From positions 76,241 through 140,240 of the forward strand of contig DATDID010000039.1 in assembly GCA_036521195.1 (NCBI GenBank): a stretch of 64,000 nucleotides of DNA, given 5' to 3'. The stretch's first letter is position 1. The number at the start of each line of letters is the position of its first letter. Shown here piece after piece: positions 62,462 to 64,000 of the stretch. A program made the translations under genes and the position numbers. The notes under the pieces are model-generated. The model did no database searches and was not told the DNA's origin. It saw nothing but the letters and a program-made list of their open reading frames with translations. Origin of the DNA: Candidatus Dormiibacterota bacterium (lineage in GTDB: Bacteria > Chloroflexota > Dormibacteria > Aeolococcales > Aeolococcaceae).

Positions 62462-64000
62462 ATGACGTTCCGGAGTTGGCGGGCCAAGACGTTGCCTGCC
62501 GCTATCGGTCTTGGGGCGATCGTTCTCGCCGCATGCGGTAGTAGCAGCACGCCGAGCGGCCCGAAAGTCACCAAGACGACCGCGACCTTCGCAGAGGGTC
62601 CGGGAGCCCAACCGAACTACATCTTCCCGCTTGCGAGCCTGCAGTATTTCAGCGTCTCGAACCTGAGCCAGTTCCAGTTCCTCATGTACCGGCCGCTGTA
62701 CTGGTTCGGTCAGAACGGCGCTGTGGCACTGAACAACAGCCTCAGCCTTGCGGATCCCCCCGTCTACTCGTCCGACGGCAAGTCGGTGACCATCACCCTC
62801 AAGGGATGGAAGTGGTCGGACGGAACCCAGATCACCGCGCGGGACATCCAGTTCTGGCAGAACCTCGTGACTGCCAACAAGGACGACTGGGCCGGCTACT
62901 CGCCCGGCGAGTACCCGGACAACGTCACGAGCACCACGATCAGCCCGACCAACCCGCTGCAGATCACCTTCAACCTCAGCCAGGCATACGGCTCGTACTT
63001 CTTCACCTACAACGAGCTGAGCCAGATCACCCCGCTCCCCCAGCACGTCTGGGACAAGGAGTCGGCGACCGGCGCGGTCGGTGATTACGACACCACCCCT
63101 GCCGGCGCGCAGGCGGTCTACAAGTACCTCGACGCGCAGTCGAAGAGCATCTCGACCTACGACACCAACCCGCTCTGGCAGGTGGTCTCGGGGCCGTGGA
63201 AGCTGAAGTCGATGGACACCGCGGGCAACGTCTCGATGGTTCCGAACACGGCGTACGGCGGACCCATCAAGCCGACCCTCACGCAGTTCAACGAAGTTCC
63301 CTACACGAAGGACACCGCTGAGTTCGACGAGTTGAAGGCGGCCACGTCGCCGACCAGCACCACCGTCGACTACGGGTATCTGCCGTCGGAGGACACTCCG
63401 GAGAAGTCGACACTCGACAACGTCTACAACTACGAGCCCTGGACGGGCTGGCAGATCACGTACTTCCCGGAGAACTTCACCAACCCGACCAGCGGACCGA
63501 TCTTCAGTCAGCTGTACTTCCGGCAGGCGATGCAGGATCTGGTCGACCAGAACACCTTCATCAACAAGGCGTTCTTCGGCAACGCGTATCCGACGTACGG
63601 GCCGGTCCCTGTGAAGCCGTCCACCACGTTCGTCGACTCGTTCGAGAAGTCGAACCCGTATCCGTACAACCCGAAGACTGCGGTGTCGCTGCTGCAGGCC
63701 AACGGCTGGACGGTCAATCCGGGCGGCACGAGCACCTGCACCAGCCCCGGCACGGGCACGGGCCAGTGCGGCGCGGGCGTCAAGCAAGGCGCCAAGGCGT
63801 CGTTCAGCCTCCAGTACGTGAGCGGCGTTCCCGCACTCGACCAGGAGATGGCTCAGTTCAAGTCGGACTTCGCGCAGGCGGGCATCGCGATCGACCTGAC
63901 GACCGCACCGTTCGACACGGTCATCGGCAACGCGACCCCCTGCAAGCCCGGCGCATCGTGCACCTGGGACATGGAGTTCTGGGGCGGTGGCTGGATCTAT
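62462..64000 (+). CDS. ABC transporter substrate-binding lipoprotein, family 5 (peptide/nickel type), 3' end cut by window edge
   Basis: My own translation (not in the track because there is no stop). AAGGAGG lies 7 nt before the ATG. Lipobox LAACGSS. LMYRPLYWF...SVTITLKGWKWSDGTQITARDIQF is typical of SBP_bac_5. The frame is open to 64000. Confidence 0.85.
   Translation, partial: MTFRSWRAKTLPAAIGLGAIVLAACGSSSTPSGPKVTKTTATFAEGPGAQPNYIFPLASLQYFSVSNLSQFQFLMYRPLYWFGQNGAVALNNSLSLADPPVYSSDGKSVTITLKGWKWSDGTQITARDIQFWQNLVTANKDDWAGYSPGEYPDNVTSTTISPTNPLQITFNLSQAYGSYFFTYNELSQITPLPQHVWDKESATGAVGDYDTTPAGAQAVYKYLDAQSKSISTYDTNPLWQVVSGPWKLKSMDTAGNVSMVPNTAYGGPIKPTLTQFNEVPYTKDTAEFDELKAATSPTSTTVDYGYLPSEDTPEKSTLDNVYNYEPWTGWQITYFPENFTNPTSGPIFSQLYFRQAMQDLVDQNTFINKAFFGNAYPTYGPVPVKPSTTFVDSFEKSNPYPYNPKTAVSLLQANGWTVNPGGTSTCTSPGTGTGQCGAGVKQGAKASFSLQYVSGVPALDQEMAQFKSDFAQAGIAIDLTTAPFDTVIGNATPCKPGASCTWDMEFWGGGWIY

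Noticed and set aside
62339-63787. 482-aa - strand ORF at the window end
   Set aside because: It is antisense to an open + strand frame that has a strong RBS, a lipobox and SBP family-5 motifs. The + frame is missing from the ORF track only because it has no stop inside the window.

Overview
High-GC (about 70%) chromosomal segment. The gene content looks Actinomycetota-like: InhA-type FabI, KasA-type FabF, a PIG-L/LmbE deacetylase, DUF2236, and regulators that appear leaderless. I support about 62 protein-coding genes on both strands and one tRNA-Lys(CTT). I found no rRNA, CRISPR array, transposase, integrase or phage gene. Packing is very dense, with many 1-, 4- and 11-nt start/stop overlaps that suggest translational coupling. 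Most long ORFs in the six-frame track are Arg/Pro/Gly-rich antisense or out-of-frame artefacts of the GC content. Main blocks, in window order: (1) Grx-PDZ fusion, ECF sigma and MGMT. (2) Two tandem GAF-GGDEF-EAL paralogs. (3) IMPase, then fabI-fabF-macro domain, a GT87-like membrane protein and an M50 protease. (4) uppP and a large DUF11 surface protein. (5) A carboxyltransferase. (6) tRNA-Lys. (7) PHP phosphoesterase and an OmpR/HK two-component pair. (8) CcdA with an Asp-box propeller. (9) A J-protein and a Trx-NHL protein. (10) purA. (11) A VapBC-type TA pair. (12) An operon of HIT, CPBP, propeller and TauE, followed by a DUF255 thioredoxin-domain protein. (13) hutHUGI plus a class V aminotransferase. 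(14) An orphan TadE/TadE/TadG-like triad. (15) A double-hotdog thioesterase and a sedolisin. (16) ACS, AKR, MFS and MarR. (17) DUF2330 with a lipoprotein. (18) An S9 peptidase coupled to a PIG-L deacetylase. (19) DUF2236. (20) A family-5 ABC substrate-binding protein cut by the window end. I see no obvious canonical defence island. The most unusual items are the orphan Tad pseudopilin module, the sigma-MGMT coupling, a perfect 3 x 14-bp tandem repeat beside the TA pair, and a promoter-plus-terminator sRNA-like unit between purA and the Trx-NHL gene. All family calls come from motif recognition by eye. No searches were run.
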